Virus record (IMG/VR): IMGVR_UViG_3300023440_000002 | Span: 32,001-96,000 of that record | Length of the DNA stretch: 64,000 nucleotides | Strand: one strand, 5' to 3' | Origin: a virus | In this document: piece after piece, positions 60,953-64,000 of the stretch | Numbering within the stretch: position 1 is the stretch's first letter | Layout: each line of letters starts with the position of its first letter | Program-made: the position numbers and the translations under genes | Notes under the pieces: generated by a model | Seen by the model: the letters and a program-made list of their open reading frames with translations, nothing else | Database searches by the model: none | What the model was told of the DNA's origin: nothing

Positions 60953-61516
60953 CTAAAAAGTAAAACCGACGCTAACTCCGAATTCGCCGGAAGATATGCC
61001 ATACCCTCCGACCGACACGGGCCCTAAAAATTGATAAGTTGCATGAACCCCATAGGTTAGCTGGTATTTGCCCGTAAAATCAAAAGGGTCTTTAGATTGA
61101 GTTAAAGCTGAGGTTCCGACCAACACAGAAACTTGCACTTTTTTCGTGTTGTATTTAGTTGTTTTTTCGACTTCCTTAATAGTGGTCTTTTCTTTTACAT
61201 TAGATAGATCTGTAGCTTCTTTTTCTGTGGAGTCTGCAAAAGTAACATCCTCCTCTGACTCTATCTTCTCTTCCACTATAGTTCCGTCAGGTTTTGTTAT
61301 TTTCTTGGTAATCACATGCTTCTTTTTTGCTGTTTTTTTGATTTCCTGTTTAATGAAAACCTTTTTCTCTACGGTAACTATTCGTTCAACTTCGATGTTT
61401 TTGGTTTTAATTACCACCTTTTCTGGTGTGGCATACCTACCAAAACCTACACCTATAATTAAAGACAGAACAACCGCAATAATCATAGATCGATTCTTTT
61501 TTAGTATTTCTTTCAT
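60953..61516 (-). CDS. Membrane-anchored hypothetical protein
   Basis: N-terminal TM, charged middle, beta-rich C-terminus ending in Phe. Confidence 0.55.
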   Translation of the reverse strand: MKEILKKNRSMIIAVVLSLIIGVGFGRYATPEKVVIKTKNIEVERIVTVEKKVFIKQEIKKTAKKKHVITKKITKPDGTIVEEKIESEEDVTFADSTEKEATDLSNVKEKTTIKEVEKTTKYNTKKVQVSVLVGTSALTQSKDPFDFTGKYQLTYGVHATYQFLGPVSVGGYGISSGEFGVSVGFTF

Positions 61517-61528
61517 AGTTAAACCTTT

Positions 61529-62149
61529 TTATTTAGTTGAGTACAATTCAAATAAGGACTTTGTAATTCTATCTTCAGGCTTAACACCTAAAGGCGATAA
61601 TTTGCTTTCCCAGTAAACGATCTCATCAAAAGCTGCTTTTTCGTCAGTCCAAGGAAACTCTTCATTAGCTTCGATTTCTATAAAAGTATCCAGCATTGCA
61701 CCTTCTATGTCGAATGTTGTATATCTAGAAAAAACCACCCTATCTAACCAGTAAACTTGAACATCTTTTCTTATAGAAAAATCATGCTCAAGTCCATGCA
61801 TCAACGAAAAAGCCGAAGCTTTATCGAAACTCATATCTTTCGAAACTAAAGGGATGTTAATTTCTTCCCTTATGTTGTTGTCATGAGAATTGGTTTTGAT
61901 TTTAGATGTCAACTCCCAAAGGTCGCCACTATTGTTATCTTGACCTTGCCTCCACCTCATAAACCTAGAGGTTTTTTTATCTGAGAAGTAATAATCTATC
62001 GGGGCTTGACCTTGACTTGGATATGCAGGTCTTTCAATACTTGAGTTAGGAAGGAACCCTTCGATTAGTTCACAAAAAGCATTTTTAGATATTCTTAGTC
62101 CGTAATACTTAAACTCCACCTCTTTAAATTTCATAACAACCCTTTCCAA
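61529..62149 (-). CDS. CYTH-domain (triphosphate tunnel) protein
   Basis: ExExK 'EVEFKY', 'D.YF', 'MRWR', 'REEIN', 'FIEIE'. Confidence 0.75.
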   Translation of the reverse strand: MERVVMKFKEVEFKYYGLRISKNAFCELIEGFLPNSSIERPAYPSQGQAPIDYYFSDKKTSRFMRWRQGQDNNSGDLWELTSKIKTNSHDNNIREEINIPLVSKDMSFDKASAFSLMHGLEHDFSIRKDVQVYWLDRVVFSRYTTFDIEGAMLDTFIEIEANEEFPWTDEKAAFDEIVYWESKLSPLGVKPEDRITKSLFELYSTK

Positions 62150-62198
62150 TTGAATGTGACTACCACAGACGAAAGATTAAGGCAGGAATACTCAAAAG

Positions 62199-63218
62199 TC
62201 AAGTATTAATCTTACCATCTGATGGTACCTCAACCCCAAATTTCATTTTAATTAATTTCATCTCTATTATCGGTATATTATTAATAGCGAAACCGACTTT
62301 AGAAAGCAACTCTTTGGATAAAAAACTGGATTCTGGGGATGGGGCGTCAGATTTAACGAAATCTTGAAGTGTGAGTTCGGTGTCGCCTGTTTTCTGATCT
62401 AAACTTGCAACTCCGGACGACGCAGACATAATACTTCTTAATCGATAAAGTGAGACGTTCTTGAACGACTCTCTAACATAATTCAATATATCTTCAGGTT
62501 CGGTAAGCTTAGCTTTAATTCGTGCATTGTTAGCTCGATATAGGATTCTTTTTTCTACGGGTGACAGTTTCAGCATAGTAGAACTCGAGTCTGTTATCAT
62601 ATTTAGCGTCATTCGGCCTATAGCGGTAGACCTAAAAACCGCCTTATAGGGAGGTACGAATTTATCTATAGCTGTCATTAATCCTTCATTTGCGTCTTGT
62701 ATGAAGTCCATATAATCTAAACTGGAATTTGGAGACTTTGACCAAAAAATCTTAGCCCTGTTGATAGCTAAAGGGATATTATTTTCACATAAAACTTTTC
62801 TTAGTTTAATGATATCATCAAAAATACTCAACAATTCTTCTTTGTTTTTTCCTTCATATTTCGAACAAACCCACTTAGCGAAACTGTAATTAATTGAAAA
62901 TTTATATAGAACCCAATAATTATTGTTTTTAAAGCATTTAGATATCTTGCTAGAAAAAACAGCCTGCCTCTCTCTAAAGTAAACTCGAGCTGATAGGATA
63001 TTGCCTTTTTCTTCCACAATAAAATTAACAAACTCTTTATATATTAATCTACCTTTAGGGGAAGAAATTAATAGATTTTTAAATTTATTCTCAAGGTCGA
63101 ACAGGTCTTCTAATAGTTTTTGCTGACCTCTTCCATCTTCTTTGGAGTTGTCAGCTAGAACGCCGTTCATTGCGGAAATAAATTCCTTAAAAACATCTTT
63201 ATCCATAAAATTAACCAA
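62199..63218 (-). CDS. Phage-encoded sigma-70-family sigma factor
   Basis: Region 2 'LCENNIPLAI..A...DFIQDANEGLMTAIDKF'; region 3/4 'SLDQ...TLQDF...IKMKFG'. Confidence 0.85.
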   Translation of the reverse strand: MVNFMDKDVFKEFISAMNGVLADNSKEDGRGQQKLLEDLFDLENKFKNLLISSPKGRLIYKEFVNFIVEEKGNILSARVYFRERQAVFSSKISKCFKNNNYWVLYKFSINYSFAKWVCSKYEGKNKEELLSIFDDIIKLRKVLCENNIPLAINRAKIFWSKSPNSSLDYMDFIQDANEGLMTAIDKFVPPYKAVFRSTAIGRMTLNMITDSSSTMLKLSPVEKRILYRANNARIKAKLTEPEDILNYVRESFKNVSLYRLRSIMSASSGVASLDQKTGDTELTLQDFVKSDAPSPESSFLSKELLSKVGFAINNIPIIEMKLIKMKFGVEVPSDGKINT

Positions 63219-64000
63219 TTATATCCACAGAATAGTCTGTTAATGTAGAGTAGATTCCAGCTCGGCTATCTGCATGGCGCTCTAAAATAGGAGATCCTTC
63301 TATTTTAAAATCACAAACCCACAAATCCTCATGAGCTACAGGTCTGGTACCTCTCCCGATCCCTTGTTTTACTTTTATTTCAGATAAACCACCTTGAAGA
63401 TAAATCACACACCCGGTAGGTTTAATATCTACGCCGGTAGAAATAGCTGTGGTTCCGATAATACAAGGAAGATCCCCGCTATTGAACTCATCGACAATAT
63501 CAGCAATATCACACTTCCAGTACTCTTCAGGTAGCACTTTTTTTGTTTCTTTTGTGACAGTCCCATGGGCGAATTTATAGGCAATTTTCATATGATTCTT
63601 AAGTAGAACGAATTGACTATATTCTTCAATTAAAATAACAACTTGACGCCCAGACAACCTGTAAGCTTTCTCTGCCAGCATAGCGGCAAGTCTGATTGCG
63701 TTCGGATTTTCGTATAAATTAACCCTGGTTTCTTTTTTTGGATCTTGATGTGATTTCCTCGAAGGGGCACATTTAAACACCCTGGCTTTTATTTTTTTTA
63801 GATATTTACTTTCAGCTAATTCTTTATATTCTTTTCTGTAAACCACCGGACCTGTAACGCCCTCTAACAGCAAAGCTGAGCCGTCCGTTCTAGTTTGGGT
63901 AGCCGAGACAAAGAATCTTAGCTGGGCGGCACTGGCGACCCCATTAAGGCATATCTTCTTGAATGATTCGGAAGGTACCACGTGAGATTCGTCAAAAATT
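63211..64000 (-). CDS. SF2 helicase (UvsW-like), 5'-truncated
   Basis: 'FDESH' at the window edge, 'SATQTR.DG', 'STGVDI', 'QGIGRGTR'. Confidence 0.85.
   Translation of the reverse strand, partial: IFDESHVVPSESFKKICLNGVASAAQLRFFVSATQTRTDGSALLLEGVTGPVVYRKEYKELAESKYLKKIKARVFKCAPSRKSHQDPKKETRVNLYENPNAIRLAAMLAEKAYRLSGRQVVILIEEYSQFVLLKNHMKIAYKFAHGTVTKETKKVLPEEYWKCDIADIVDEFNSGDLPCIIGTTAISTGVDIKPTGCVIYLQGGLSEIKVKQGIGRGTRPVAHEDLWVCDFKIEGSPILERHADSRAGIYSTLTDYSVDIIG

Noticed and set aside
474-61616. Short antisense ORFs nested in the long structural and enzyme genes
   Set aside because: They fully overlap well-supported genes on the other strand and have no motifs or SD sites.
1-64000. Genome-wide stop-codon reassignment
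   Set aside because: Very long ORFs are intact in code 11, and TAA, TAG and TGA all end genes at sensible positions, including ATGA overlaps.
1-64000. tRNA, rRNA, integrase or transposase genes
   Set aside because: None recognised by eye; a tRNAscan/Infernal run would be needed to exclude small RNAs.

Overview
64-kb segment of a large, AT-rich, contractile-tailed (myovirus-like, probably jumbo) phage genome in the standard genetic code. Structural genes lie on the + strand in three separated blocks: baseplate wedge genes at 1-8.3 kb, a lone baseplate-like gene at 16.2-18.4 kb, and tail tube/fibre/amidase genes at 41.5-59.3 kb. Accessory and replication genes fill the rest (5'-3' exonuclease, thermonuclease, RNA ligase, phosphoesterases, dNMP kinase, CYTH protein, sigma factor, SF2 helicase). 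The standout is two convergent arrays (13.3-15.5 kb on +, 18.4-26.1 kb on -) of about 55 hand-counted, translationally coupled micro-ORFs, mostly 40-95 aa. Each has conserved ends, MxxKDI...NPI(K/R)xDLxG/E, around a hypervariable core of 12-nt (Q-V/I-x-x) repeats. A DUF6745-like gene just upstream appears to lack the QVxx tract that I recall this family normally carrying internally, which suggests a split 'chassis + library of variable modules' system (hypothesis). Also visible: about 15 sigma-28 (FliA)-type promoters, several encoded inside array units; a separate CCTAATATT motif before structural genes; an intact type II hammerhead ribozyme; a tandem ADP-ribosyltransferase-like protein; and several short exact duplications. 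All family names come from motif recognition by eye, not from database searches.
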